This document shows, one piece after another, positions 37,929 through 50,000 of a DNA stretch of 64,000 bases. The translations under genes and the position numbers were made by a program. The notes under the pieces were generated by a model. The model searched no databases. It saw nothing but the letters and a program-made list of their open reading frames with translations, and had not been told where the DNA came from. This DNA is from a virus. Taxonomy: Duplodnaviria; Caudoviricetes. The stretch covers positions 1 to 64,000 of the IMG/VR virus record IMGVR_UViG_3300049988_000375, one strand, 5' to 3'. Numbering within the stretch: position 1 is the stretch's first letter; each line of letters begins with the position of its first letter.

Positions 37929-38700
37929 GCGCCACCCCGACGAACCGATGGGGGAGTGGGCACTTGCCGCGTGGCAAGGCTTTAAGTGGGATGGGTATGA
38001 AGTGCGCTTTGCCTTTCCCTTGCAAGAGGACTTGGCAAAGGGGAAAGGGGGCTGGAGTGGATATTACGACTACCCCACCGCTGAAATAATCCGCCTTATG
38101 CCCGACCGCCCATTTGTTGGGTCAGTCACTACTACTATGCGGCTTTTCCAGTACTGGAATCGGCAGGTGCCCAAGCCCCTGAACGTGCCCGATGAGCTGC
38201 TGGCCTTCGCGGGTCGGCCGATTGAGCGCCTGCGGCTGGAAGATGCGCTGCTGCGAATGGAGGCCGACCACCGCCCGCAGTTCATCAAGCCCGCCGACGA
38301 GGCCAAGCTGTTCACGGGTGGGGTCGTGGCAACGCCCGCGCACGTCGCCTTTCTCTTTGCCGACCTGCACCCCGACACGCCCGTACTGCTCTCTCCCGAG
38401 ATTAACCTGGTGACAGAATACCGGGTGTTCGTGAACCGTGACCGCGAGATTGCCGCCATGCGCCACTACTTGGGCGACCCCTTCGTGCGGCCGAGTAAGC
38501 TGTTCATTCGCAAGATGATTGACAGCTACACCGCCGCCCCGCGCTGCTATGCGCTCGACGTGGGTGTGACTGCCTCGGGCAAAACCGTTGTGGTCGAGTG
38601 CAACGACATGTGGGCCTTGGGGACATATGGAATGGACCCGGCAGCCTACTCTCGAATGCTGGCCCAGCGCTGGCACGAAATGATAACCAACCTTAAATAA
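37903..38700 (+). CDS. ATP-grasp domain protein (DUF4343/R2K-like)
   Basis: FVGSV, FIKP..KLFTG.V, EYRVFV, YALDVG...VVECND.W.LG.YG. Confidence 0.88.
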   Translation: MSKPIVYIERHPDEPMGEWALAAWQGFKWDGYEVRFAFPLQEDLAKGKGGWSGYYDYPTAEIIRLMPDRPFVGSVTTTMRLFQYWNRQVPKPLNVPDELLAFAGRPIERLRLEDALLRMEADHRPQFIKPADEAKLFTGGVVATPAHVAFLFADLHPDTPVLLSPEINLVTEYRVFVNRDREIAAMRHYLGDPFVRPSKLFIRKMIDSYTAAPRCYALDVGVTASGKTVVVECNDMWALGTYGMDPAAYSRMLAQRWHEMITNLK

Positions 38701-38708
38701 CACCATCT

Positions 38709-40640
38709 ATGCCATACGAACAAACAGATGACGCGCAAGCCAAGGAATTGCTGGCAGAGTTGGAAAAGAAGGTTGACGAGACGCGAGTGCTAGTTCACCA
38801 ACCTACTACCATCAATCTCTGCCCTGAGCATAATTACGAGCTAGCCATGCTCTTGGACGCAATGTATCAAACCTCGCAGAAGTAAGCCATGAAACACCTC
38901 TTTCGCTTTATCTGGTGGGGAGCCCTCGGCGGCGTCACTCTCGCCTGTATGGCCGTTTTCTACATAGCCATGCGCTTCCTGATTTACCCGCTGTGGAATT
39001 TCAGGGCGTGGCGAGACGCTGAACACCCCGACCACATTGTGCTGAGCGACTTCCGCTCGTTTCCCGCCGAAATCTGGCAGCGCATGATTGGCAAATACAC
39101 AGAGCCCAAACTTAAATAACTTGCTTCATGAACGCTGACCAACTAACTGCACTTGCCATTGCCGCAGCACCGCCTTCAAGCAGTGGTGATAGCTACTGCT
39201 ATACGGCGATTGATGCACAAGAAATTTACGAGCAAGCCTTTATGAAGGCTGTCAGAATGATAAGTAGCCAAGGCGACCGCCTCGTGATAAATGGAATGGT
39301 GCCAACCGAAGATGAGCTATTTAACCTTCTGACAGTCGAATAACCATGAACAGCATCTACCACTGCCTCGGCTTCTTCGTATTTTGGGGCTCAGTCATTA
39401 TTGCCGCCTACTTCGGCGGCCTCGTTACGTGGGAGGCCGGCTGGTTCTTCCCCGTGCGGCGCAGAATAAAGCACCTGATAATCGCCTTCAAACTCATCTT
39501 CACCAACGAGCGGGTGTTGCTCGGGCGCAATTACTGCCGCACCATGATAGCGATTGCTAACGGTCACAAGTGGGCAGGCTGGGAGCGCGACGTACTGGCT
39601 GCCCTGATTAAGCGCGCCCGCAAAAACAACTTCACACCCCTCAGCTAGCCATGAAAAAAGCGCAACCCCACGCCATGCCACCCGCCAGTCTGAGCGAGCT
39701 GGGTTACCTAGCCTCGCTGGCCCCGCGATTCTTTCGGGTGGTGAAAGATTTTGAGTCCTACGCGGAGCATAATAAAAGCGGCTACGGCCACGCTGACTAC
39801 TTGCGGGCCGGCGATGTGATGCTAGCTGGCGGTAGCGTTCACCAAACAAAGGTTCGCATCGCTACGCCCACCAAGCGAACGCATTATTGCCTGCTGGGCC
39901 ACGGCGTAACCGCAGACTACCGCGCCGATGGCGCTATTCGCCCACTCACCCGCAAAGAGTTCCTGGCGGTTATTCCGCACATGACGAGCCTTATCTGGTT
40001 CTCGGAGGGCCAGTACGAGTTGCGTAACATGATATGCCGCTTGCTGCTGACGGAGGGCGGCGAAGAAGAGGCACAGAAACTGATTGCTAAATACTACTAG
40101 CCATGCACCTCTCATCTGACGTTCTTCCCCGGCCAACGGCCAAGCTAGCAAAGCATAAGGGCTTTACTCATCGACCAGTTCGAGCAAATCAACTAGCGCA
40201 GTGGTTGCGCAAATTCCACGACCTGCACGTAAACGTTCAGCACAACATGCACTATGCCTGGCAGGTGCAGGTGCAAGACATTAAGGGATATGATGGTACT
40301 GAGCGCACGATTGATGGCATGTGGCTAGCCAATGATTACCCCACCTATGAAGAAGCATTGGAGGCCGGCTTGCTACACGCGCTAACCCAACTGCCCGCTA
40401 GCCATGCGTGAGCCACAGGAATACATCGAGGCCGCTTGGCAGGAATACCCCGAAGATTGGCCGCAGGGTGGAATCACCCACATTCCCATTGCCCAAGCTA
40501 CGCGAGCTATTGAGGCGGCGCTAGCTGACGCGGAGCGCTACAAAGACCTGCTGCTGCGGGCTATCCGCAACAACTCAACTCCACCCTCGCTGCTTCTTCC
40601 ACAGAGTGATAGCGATGAGCAGCAGGGCACAACACGCTAG
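38709..40640 (+). CDS. Run of seven small accessory ORFs (38709-38885, 38889-39119, 39128-39343, 39346-39648, 39651-40100, 40103-40411, 40404-40640)
   Basis: Tightly packed co-oriented ORFs, two with TM segments; functions not recognised. Confidence 0.6.
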
Positions 40641-40745
40641 CTGCCACGGCAGGGCGGTCAGGGCGTAGGGGTCGAAGAAGGCCAGCAGCAGGATGACTAG
40701 TAGCACTAGTTGCACCAGCGAGAGGAGGGTGGGCAGGATACGCAT
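40575..40745 (-). CDS. Small two-TM membrane protein, antisense to the accessory operon
   Basis: MRILPTLLSLVQLVLLVILLLAFFDPYALTALPWQLACCALLLIAITLWKKQRGWS; GC3-rich codons. Confidence 0.55.
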   Translation of the reverse strand: MRILPTLLSLVQLVLLVILLLAFFDPYALTALPWQLACCALLLIAITLWKKQRGWS

Positions 40746-40851
40746 ACGGAGCGGGTTGCTGCGCGTGAATATACTGCCCCCTTCTTCGTACCTTGCAAAA
40801 AGCAACACGCAGTAACTTATGGCAGAAGGAATACCCGGCTACAACCACTGC

Positions 40852-40882
40852 AAAAAGGCCCCGCACAGTGCGGGGCCTTTTT
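40852..40882. terminator. Bidirectional terminator
   Basis: aaaaaggccccgcac / gtgcggggccttttt perfect inverted repeat. Confidence 0.9.
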
Positions 40883-40884
40883 GT

Positions 40885-41976
40885 TTAGGCAGCCTCTCTT
40901 GGGTGCATAGTCTTGTAGAAGTAAGACAGTGACCGCCCCCCTGGCACTAACGAGGCTATATCATTTTCGTGTAACAGGGTCAGCTTATTGCCTAGCGCTC
41001 TGAATAATTTGTGCTTTTCTAATTGGTCTTGCTTTTGGTGCCCCTTTACTTCAATCCACTCATTAGTTAGCGGCAGATAAAAGTCAGGGCAATACCGACA
41101 CTTTGGGGTGAAACAAAACCACTTGGGCTCGAATTGGAATGGAGTGCCATTTTCAATAAGGTGCTGAGCATAGATGAACTCAAAGCCTGACCTGAATTTA
41201 AGTAGCCGACCTTTGTGCGTAATGTGCCAGCGCGTGCGGTCGTCATTTTTTAGGCGGTTACGCATCATTTCGGGCGTTCTAGCACTAGTTGCCTCTCGTG
41301 CCCAGCACCCACAACTGCGCATACCCTTTTCTTTTACCTTTTTAGATAAACGTAAAAAATGGTTGCCACAATCACACTCGCAATTTAGCCAAACGCCCCT
41401 CTCATCCTTGTGGGAAAATGACTTAACTGCCACGCGATAGAATTTCTGGCCTATTAATTTTTGCCAAGTTTCTTTCCCCGCGTTTGCGCAGGCTCTAGAG
41501 CAGAAATATTTTCTATCTACAAGGCATGGCTTTGTATTATACAGTACGCCACATTCTTTGCAATTAACTGCAATTCTAATAGCCGCAGCTTCTGATTGAC
41601 ATGATTTAGAGCAATACTTCATGCCATTCCTAGTGCGGCGCATATCGTTGCCGCACTGATAGCATTGCGTAGTGCTTTCCCTGCGGTGAAACTCTGAGAA
41701 GCAAGTGCGCGAGCAGAAGGTAGCAGCCTTTTGGTGGTACTCGCGGGTAAAGGCTTGATTGCACTGCTTACAAGTGCCCGAAGCCTTTATGCCCACCGCT
41801 CTTTTGGGTCGAGGGGGACGCTTGCTTTCTGGTGGGCGAGCTGCCGCAATCTTGGATGCATTGTGCAGGGCTGCGCATTTGCGACTGCAATAAATATTTT
41901 TGATAGCCTTGCGCTTGCTTTTTGCAAACTCCGCATGGCAATGCTGGCAGATGGCTGTGTTTTCACCGGCTTTCAT
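40885..41976 (-). CDS. Free-standing PD-(D/E)XK endonuclease (T7 endonuclease I-like) with Cys-repeat N-terminus
   Basis: FRSGFE...YCPDFYLP...IEVKG; multiple CxxC...CSxxC repeats and CECDCGN...SCGC; low GC. Confidence 0.82.
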   Translation of the reverse strand: MKAGENTAICQHCHAEFAKSKRKAIKNIYCSRKCAALHNASKIAAARPPESKRPPRPKRAVGIKASGTCKQCNQAFTREYHQKAATFCSRTCFSEFHRRESTTQCYQCGNDMRRTRNGMKYCSKSCQSEAAAIRIAVNCKECGVLYNTKPCLVDRKYFCSRACANAGKETWQKLIGQKFYRVAVKSFSHKDERGVWLNCECDCGNHFLRLSKKVKEKGMRSCGCWAREATSARTPEMMRNRLKNDDRTRWHITHKGRLLKFRSGFEFIYAQHLIENGTPFQFEPKWFCFTPKCRYCPDFYLPLTNEWIEVKGHQKQDQLEKHKLFRALGNKLTLLHENDIASLVPGGRSLSYFYKTMHPREAA

Positions 41977-41980
41977 GTAT

Positions 41981-42012
41981 CAAAGGTATATACAAAAGGT
42001 GTATAAGGCAAA
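41981..42012 (-). promoter_or_regulatory. Sigma-A promoter for the endonuclease
   Basis: TTTG (42012-42009), 20 nt, TACCTTTG (41988-41981). Confidence 0.75.
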
Positions 42013-42059
42013 TACAATGAGTGCTTTTTTAAATCACCTCGTCTACATATCTTTGGCCC

Positions 42060-42227
42060 ATGAAAAATCCTAAGCAGAATCGCGACTTGCAACTAAACAT
42101 CAAGGCCACCAAGGCAGAGAAGGATATGCTAGAGGCAGTGGCTAAGGCACGAGGCTTAAGCAGTTCTATGTTGGTAAGGATGCTGGTAGCAGACGAGGCG
42201 CGGCGGTTGGGTATTCAGCCGACTTAG
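42060..42227 (+). CDS. Small ribbon-helix-helix-like protein (absent from ORF track)
   Basis: 55 aa MKNPKQNRDLQLNIKATKAEKDMLEAVAKARGLSSSMLVRMLVADEARRLGIQPT; TATCTTTG at 42048. Confidence 0.75.
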   Translation: MKNPKQNRDLQLNIKATKAEKDMLEAVAKARGLSSSMLVRMLVADEARRLGIQPT

Positions 42228-42269
42228 CCCGCTATAATTGCGTATCTTGCAGGAAACAATTAGCCATTC

Positions 42270-44048
42270 ATGCCCACCATTCCAGGCGAGAATCTTGTTA
42301 CCAACGGCCCCAGAACCGGAGCCGCTTACGTGCTCGGGCGCACCACGCCGGATGCGCTCTCCATTCTCATGCAGGGCCAGCGGCAGCGTGATTACGCCGC
42401 CCGTCAGCAGGCTATTGCCAAGCAGAAGGCCGACGAGCTGGCCGCCAAAGACCTGAACGACAAGCTAAAGTACGAGGTGGACGGCAGCCACATATTCGGG
42501 GATACCCTGCAAAATCAGGTGTATAATCCATTGAACGATAAACTGGTGGGCGCCTTCAAGGCCAACCCAACCGACGCGTTCGCCCGCACCGCCGCCACCC
42601 GCCCACTGCTCGAAGGGGCGCAGAGCGAAACCCAGCAGAGCAAGCGGAAAACAGCCTTCATTGATGAGAATATCCGCAAGTTCCAATCGGATAGCAAGCT
42701 CTACAACCCCAAGTACGCCACCGAGAGCCTGGTAAAGAGCCTGCGCGACGAGGCTACCGGCCTAAACCGCCTGCCCTCGCAGTTCGATGAGGAAGCGTGG
42801 CTGGGTGCGTTGCAGGGCGATGCGGGCCTCTACAACGAGCCGGAGGTGATTCGCCGGGCCACGTCGGGGCTGCTGCCCACGGTGTCGCAGAAAATCAGCG
42901 AGGCGGGCACTATCGGCGGGCAGCACAGCTCGGACCTGGTGCGCGGCAAGCTCATTGCCATGCAGAACGGCAAGCCTATTCTCAACGCCGATGGCAGCCC
43001 GAAGCTCAACCTCGGCGCCGACCTGCAAGGGCTGCTCGAAGCCGACCCGCTGTTTAAACTCAAGGTCGATGCCCGCGAGGCGGCTTACAACGCCAAGCGC
43101 GAAGCCGACCCTACCCTGCCGCAGGTGAGCCGGCGCGGCCACATCGCGCAGATGGTCGGCCCCCTCGCGTTTTACGACACCGCTCACGACGAGGGCTTGA
43201 ACCGCCTGCCCCCGCAACCTAAAAGTGCCGGCAAGGAGAAAGGCTTTGTGCCCGACGATGGCTCACTGGTGGAGGGCGACTACTCGGCTACGCTGCCCGC
43301 CACCGCCCCCGCCTACGCGGGCCTGCGCGACGACAAGGGTACCCCGGTTGGCTACGACTTCTCGCAGGCTGCCGGCCCCCAAAAGACGTTTCAGCATCTA
43401 GGCCAGGGCAAGCAGCCTATCCTGAAAACGGCCAGTGGCGACTTGAAAGAGAAGCACACTGACGCTATCAAAATCAACAGCTACTACACGGAGGATGGCA
43501 AGGGCAATTTCTCGGAGGTGACCAACAACGTCACCCCGCAGGCGGGCGTGTTCGGTCCCTCGACGGTGGTAGCGGTGGATGTGAAAACGAATAAACCACT
43601 GTTCAGTAAGTCGCGGGAGGAACAGAAGCAGCTTATTGCCAGCGGAGCCGCCCGCCCGCAGCTATTCATCGACCTGGCCGCCGACAAGAACGAGAAGTTC
43701 GCCGCCGACAAGTCGCGGGTGCTGCGTGAACTGACCCAGGCCAATAACGACCCCGGCAACTTCAATAAGAAATCGCCGGCCGAATTGGAGGACCAGGCGA
43801 CCAAGATTGTGAGCAAGGGTGTCACCCGCCACTTCATCCCCTACAACGCGCAGAACGCGCAGGCTATCGACCCCGTGACGGGCGGCCACTACCGCGCTGC
43901 CCTGAAAACGATGCTGCGCAGCTTCAAGCAGGGTGCCGCGCCCGCCCCCAAGGCGAAGGCCAACCCCCTCGGCTTCGGCGCGCCCGCCGCCAGCAAACCC
44001 TCGACCGCCCCCGCCGCTAAACCCAAAGCCAACCCACTTGGATTCTAA
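42270..44048 (+). CDS. Internal virion/cargo protein
   Basis: 592 aa helical protein before a giant ORF; TATCTTGC box at 42243. Confidence 0.6.
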   Translation: MPTIPGENLVTNGPRTGAAYVLGRTTPDALSILMQGQRQRDYAARQQAIAKQKADELAAKDLNDKLKYEVDGSHIFGDTLQNQVYNPLNDKLVGAFKANPTDAFARTAATRPLLEGAQSETQQSKRKTAFIDENIRKFQSDSKLYNPKYATESLVKSLRDEATGLNRLPSQFDEEAWLGALQGDAGLYNEPEVIRRATSGLLPTVSQKISEAGTIGGQHSSDLVRGKLIAMQNGKPILNADGSPKLNLGADLQGLLEADPLFKLKVDAREAAYNAKREADPTLPQVSRRGHIAQMVGPLAFYDTAHDEGLNRLPPQPKSAGKEKGFVPDDGSLVEGDYSATLPATAPAYAGLRDDKGTPVGYDFSQAAGPQKTFQHLGQGKQPILKTASGDLKEKHTDAIKINSYYTEDGKGNFSEVTNNVTPQAGVFGPSTVVAVDVKTNKPLFSKSREEQKQLIASGAARPQLFIDLAADKNEKFAADKSRVLRELTQANNDPGNFNKKSPAELEDQATKIVSKGVTRHFIPYNAQNAQAIDPVTGGHYRAALKTMLRSFKQGAAPAPKAKANPLGFGAPAASKPSTAPAAKPKANPLGF

Positions 44049-47000
44049 CGCCCAGCCCACAGAAGAACTCGCCCCCGAGCAAACGGCGCCCACCCCGCCC
44101 ACTTCACGCCTGCAAACGGCCTACGGGCTGCTGAAAAAGCAGGACGTGAAGGTGCCCGATTCCTACGAGGAATTTGAGCGCGGCATGGTGGATAAGCCCG
44201 AGCGGCTAAAGGCGCTCTACGACCACTTCAAAAAAAGCGACATTCAGGTGCCCGACGACTACGGCCAGTTCGAGGCCGGTATGCTGGAAGGGGTCAAAAA
44301 AAAAGCCCATTCCGCGCCTGGTGGGCTGCCTTCTGCGGCTACTGCGCCGACTTCTTCACCGGCCGTAAGTGGGCAGGGGACTAACCCTGCCCAAATGCAG
44401 GCGGCCCTGGGTATTGACCCGGCCGACGTAGCGCAGCCTGCACCCGAGCCCACCCCCGACGTAGCAATGGCGGCCGAGGCGGCCGGGCTCGAATCCGCGC
44501 AGCCCTTTGCCCCCGGCTCCGCTGCCGCCCCGCTGGCGCAGAACCTGCCGAACCTTGCCACGGGCGAGGCCGCCGTGCAGGGCGGGCGCTTGCCGGCCAC
44601 CGAAGAAATGGACTACCTCAACGGCCTGCCGGCCGCGGAGGATAAGGGCGTGCGCCCCGATGGCAGCGAGTACACTCCCACGCCCTACGGCAAGGAGCTG
44701 GTGGCGATTCCCAACGACTACACCGGGGCCGTGCCAGCGGGCGCGTTCCCGCTGAACCTCTCGGGCGAAGGCGACCGCACGCAGTACTTCTACCGCGACA
44801 AGGCAAAGACCGTCGATGGCAAAGAGCAATCCTACGGCGACGCGCTGAAAGGCAAACTCAAGAACGCGCTCTACAGCATGGGGCAGGGTGTGGTGGAAGG
44901 CACGCAGGCTGCCGTCAACACGGTTGGTATGGCGAGCACCGCCGCGAGCGGGCTGCCTTTGGCTGCTGCCCCGCGCACCGAACTCGGCACCGAGGCCAGC
45001 GCCGCCATTGAGCGCAACAAAACCAAGATTGCGCCCTACTACAACCAGTCGTTTCGCCAACACAAGAATTGGGAGACGCTGGGCATGACCGCCGCCGACT
45101 ACGCCCCGATGGTGATTGCCCAAGTAGCGCAGACGCTCGCCCCCGAACTGCGCGCCCCGGCCGCACTGCAAAAGGCGCTGGCCTTCGCCTCGACCACGGC
45201 CTTCGACGCCGACATGTACCACGCGGCCCGTGAGCACGCCAAGCAGGTGTTCCCCAACGACCCGGCCAAGGCCGACCTCTACACGCTCTTTGAGGGCACG
45301 CTGACCGTGGCGGGCTTCAAGGTGGGCAGCAAACTTATGACGGAGGTAGGCGACAAGCTGGCCTACAAACTCTCGCCGTTTTCGCTCAAGCGCGCCGTGG
45401 CAACCGGGGCCGCCGAACGCCTGAGCCAGCTAGAAGCGCAGCTAGGCCGCCGTGCTACCGATGCCGAGTACCAGCAGGTGCTGCACGAGAGCTTGCGCGC
45501 CGCCCTGCCCAAGCTCGCGCAGCTTCCCAAGGAGTCTTTCCAGCAAGCGGGCACCTTCGGCGGGGTGGCAGCGGCCCAAACTATCGGCAACCAGATAGTC
45601 GCCCCCGCGCTCGGCGGGCAAGCCGACGACCTCGGTCCCGATGGCATGGGCTTCTTCTCGAAAGTAGGCGAGGGGATGCTGGCGGGCGCCGGCATGGGTG
45701 CGCTGACGGGCGCCGTAGGGGCGGTGCTGCCCGCGGGCACCCGTCCCGCGCCAGCTCAGGAGCCGATAGCAGGCGAGCCCGAGTTGGCGCCGACGCCAGA
45801 AGCCCCGGCTGAGCTGACACCCAGCCAAGAGGTGCCGACTGCTGAGGTGGCGCCGCCCACGGCGCCTGACCCTTCGGTGGTGGATGTGACCGACCAGGTA
45901 CCCGAGCCCATTCAGGCCGTAGCGCCCGAAGAAGCCTTGCCAATCACGGAGCCCGTGGCGAGTGAACAAGTGCCCGAGTCGGCTTTGGCTGAACCCGAGG
46001 GTGGGCAGGGCAATACCGTGGAAGCTGGTCCCGAGTTGGGGCAGAAGGAACGACAGCACCCGTTGCGCTACGATGAGCAAACCCAGGCTGGCTTGCGGCC
46101 CGAGGAACGTTACTATACCCCGCGAGCCCGCATTCAAAACGCGGAAGAAGCCAACGCCTTCATTGACGAGCACGGGCTAGAAAATGCCTATAAATTCGTG
46201 ATGGCGGGCGAACGTGACACCGCCGCTGGCGAGCCAATTCACGCGGCCGTGCTAGACGAGGTGCGCGGGCAAACCCGTCAGCGCCTGCTTGACGCATCCT
46301 TGGCCGCTGATAAAGTAGGCGATACGGCCGAGTCCACCCGGCTACTTCAACAGTCGCTTGACGTGTTGGGCAAGCGCGCTATTGCCCGCACCGAAACTGC
46401 GCAAGCACTGGCCCAGGTCGAGGGCGACATTACAAAGAACCCTGACAAGGCGCTAGACGACTATGCGGCTAGCATCCCTGCCACCAAGGAGAAGGTGCGG
46501 AAGCAAAACAGACAGAAAGCCCAAGCAGCAGATAAGGAGGCCACCACTAAGCGCAAGGCTAAGGTGGATGCCGCGCTTGCCGACGCCGACGTGCAGGACG
46601 CCGCCGAGCGGGTGACCGAATGGGCAGTAACAGGCCAGAAACCTGCCAAGAAGGGCGGCGCGAAGCCCGCCGAATCCACCCCTGCTGACCCGCCGACGTG
46701 GGGCAGCAAAAACAAGCTCTTTACCAAGGAGTCGGCGGCCAAAGCCAAGGCCGCCCTCAAGAATCTGGGCCTTTCCACTATTATCCCCCCCGAGCTAATC
46801 CACTTCATGGGCTACCACATGGAGGCGGGGGCCCGCTCGTTTGCCGATGTAAGCAAGCGCGTAGTGCGCGATTTGGGCGCGAAGGTGAAGCCCCTGCTAA
46901 AGGAGGCCTACGAGGCGGCAAAAAAGGAGTTGGTTGCTAAGGGTGACTCGGGCAAAGGCTTTGACGGGCCGGACGCGGTGGAGGCCGCACTTCGGGCGAG

Positions 47001-50000
47001 CCTAGCCGACGACTTGGCTGGCCGCATTGTGTCAGAGGTGAAGCCTAAAGTGCCAGGTGTATTCGACCCAGCACAGGAGCTATTGGAGACGCTGACCAAG
47101 AAAGTACGGGAAACCCTGCCACCCAATAAGCCAAAGCCTAAAGATGCGCGGGAGGCTATTGTTCATGCTTTGCAAAACAAGGCTGAGTATGCCGACGTGT
47201 TCGAGCAGAGCAAGGCCGAAGTAGAGGCGCGCATTGAAAAGATGAGCGCGACGGACGCGGAAAAGGCTAAGATGCGCGAGCAGCTACGCGCCTATCAGGC
47301 TGACACAATTGGTGACCCCTTCGCAGCGCGCCAAGTGGATGCCACCATGCGCCAGGCCATGAAAGAATTGGGTCTTAAGCTGGAAAAGCTCGTGCGTCAA
47401 CACGCTGATGTGCGCGAGGCAGGCCGCCGCTCGTTAGTGGATGCGCTGGTAGAGGGTGCCGGGCTAACCCCAGCGCAGGCGGCTGAGTATGCCGAGGCCG
47501 TGAGCAATCGCTACGCTGTCCAAACCCAAGCCAAGGCACAGTCGCTAGCCGGCCGGATTCTCGCTCCCGCCAAAGCCAAGCTGCCGGGCGGCAAGATTCG
47601 CTCGGTAGTTGATAAGCTCACCGAGGCGCTGGATATTTCCGACGCCACCCATACTGGCCCCGACTCCGACACGGTTAGCCCAGCCGGCGCGCTGCTGGAA
47701 AAGATGGCCGGCATTCCCGAGGTGACGGTGGAGGATGTGAAGGCTTTCCGCAAACTAGCCGAGCGGGTGCGCAAGGCTAGTCAGCCCAAAGGGGTTACCA
47801 TCAAAGGCAAGCAGGTGCAGGTAATCGACACCAAAGCCCAACAGGCGGCCGTAGCCGACCTGCTGCGCTATGGGGCGGCCAAGATGGGTAAGGTGAACTG
47901 GTGGGCTAAAACTCGCGCCATGCAGTATGCTTTCCGCCTGTCGGGCCTCGACACCCAAGGGCGCAACCTCAAGGCGAACGTACTGCACACCGTTGCCGAG
48001 CAAGGGCTGATTACACCCCTCTACAACGCCATCAAAAATCGCAGTGTTTATGGTGCGTCGGGTGGCGCTACTGGCTATGCAAAAGGGCAGGGCCAAGGTG
48101 TGGCTGAGGCTGCCTATACTATAAAAACCGGCTACACGGGCGAAAAGCAGGACAAGTTTGGCGACAACTCGCCGCTAGAAACGATGGGCGGCTTTTGGGG
48201 CAAGTGGAAGTACGTGAGCCGGGCTATGATTGCCGGCGACCAACTCACCAGTATCCCCACTGAAAACTCGCGCACGTTTGAGGTGGCAGTGCAGAAGGGT
48301 TTTGAGCTAGCCCGAGAGAAAGCCGCCGCTAGTGGACAAAAGCTCAAGGGACGTGCGCTACGCGACGCCGCATGGGCCGAGGCTAACGAAATCCTTTATA
48401 ATACCAAGGAGGCACTGGCTGACATTGACTACATCTTGGAGCAGGAGGGCTTGCCCGAAATTACCGCCGCCCAAGTTCGAGCCGGGCAACATACAGTAGG
48501 CGAGTACAACCAGCGTGCGGTGCAGCGCAACGTGCGCAAGGCTGACCTGCTGCGCCAAGCACGGGCAGCCGAAAACCCCGACCTAGTAAAAGACGCTCAA
48601 GATTATGCTCGCATTCAGACGCTGAACGGCGACGTGCCCGGCCAGATAGGGCGGGTGCTGGATGCGGCAGCTTCAATTGGCAGAGATAATCCAGTAGCTG
48701 ATGCGGTGTTGACCAACGTGATGCCGTTTCTAAAAATACCGGCCAACTCGTTGCTGCGCAAGCTGGAATGGGGTGGCGGGCCGGTGACGTTGCTAAAGGC
48801 TGCCTTGGGCCGCACCTCCCTTACGATGGCAGTAAAAGAGGGCAGCAAGTATTCGCGGGAGCTTACGCCCGACGAGCGCGGCAAACTGGCCCTGCGCGGA
48901 GCGCTTAGCACGGTGGCGTGGGCGGGGCTATATGGCTTGATTCACAACGGCACCATTTCTATTTCTGGCCCAGCCTCTGGCAAGAATGACGAGGACTTGT
49001 TGCAGCCGCCTATGACCATAAAGATTGGCGACAGCGTGTACGGCTATAAGGATACCAACATCGAATATCCACTGGTGATTGCCGCCGCCCTGCAAGCGCA
49101 TCTGCGTAAAAAAACCAAGCAGGGCGGCGACCCCAGCCTAGCCCAGCTTGCTAGTGTGGCTGCCCTGCACTCGGCCGCCTATATGGTTACTACAGGCCCC
49201 ATTAACGGCCCAGCCGACATGGGCAACGTACTGATTCAGGCCAACCAAGGCAACTACGCCTCGGCAGGGAATTATTTTAAACGCTTCTTGGTGACGAGTG
49301 CAAAAACTGGCACGCTGCCTGCTGTATTGATTCAGGGGATGCAGGCGGCCCGCGATTATACAGCCACCTATAAGGAGTGGGCCAGTGCTGGGCAGCAAAG
49401 CACTGATTGGCAGGGTGCGGCTGTGCGGGAGCGCAAGTCTAACTCGCTGGCCGACGAGCTAAAGGTGTCGTTTTTCGGTAGTATCCCATACTTCGACATT
49501 GGCGAAGATAAAATCAACTTCGCCGGACAACCCATCGTGATAAATCGCAGTGGTGAAACTATTTGGCAGGATGAGCAAACAAAGCGGCTCGCACAAACAC
49601 TGGTTGCCCTCGGCCTTATGCCGCCCCGCCAAGCCCCCACTGACGATAAGCTGGTCTTGTTTGACCCGGTGAGCGGTGACCGCGTAACGCCTCTATCTGA
49701 TGCCGAGTTTAAGCAGTACGCGGTGTTGCGTGGGCAGGCGTTCGTTGAGTATCTGACGCGCCAGCCAGAGGGCGAGGGGGGCAAGACGCTCCTGTCGCAA
49801 ATCAAGGAAGCCCCAACCCGCGCCATCGCAGAGCGGCTCCGCGATAAGGCTCTCGATGCGGCCACTACCAATGCCTTGCGCACAATTGAGCAGCAGCGCG
49901 GGGGCGGGGTGACCTTCAAGTTGTCTAAGCAATTGAAGCAGGCGAGCGATGCGGCAGGCTTTCAGCAAGCGAAGCAGCAATTGGATGAAAAGCTCGCCAC

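Noticed and set aside
40758-40818. tactgc/gcagta pair resembling the three-box motif
   Set aside because: Spacings are 31 and 40 nt, not the invariant 35 and 67.
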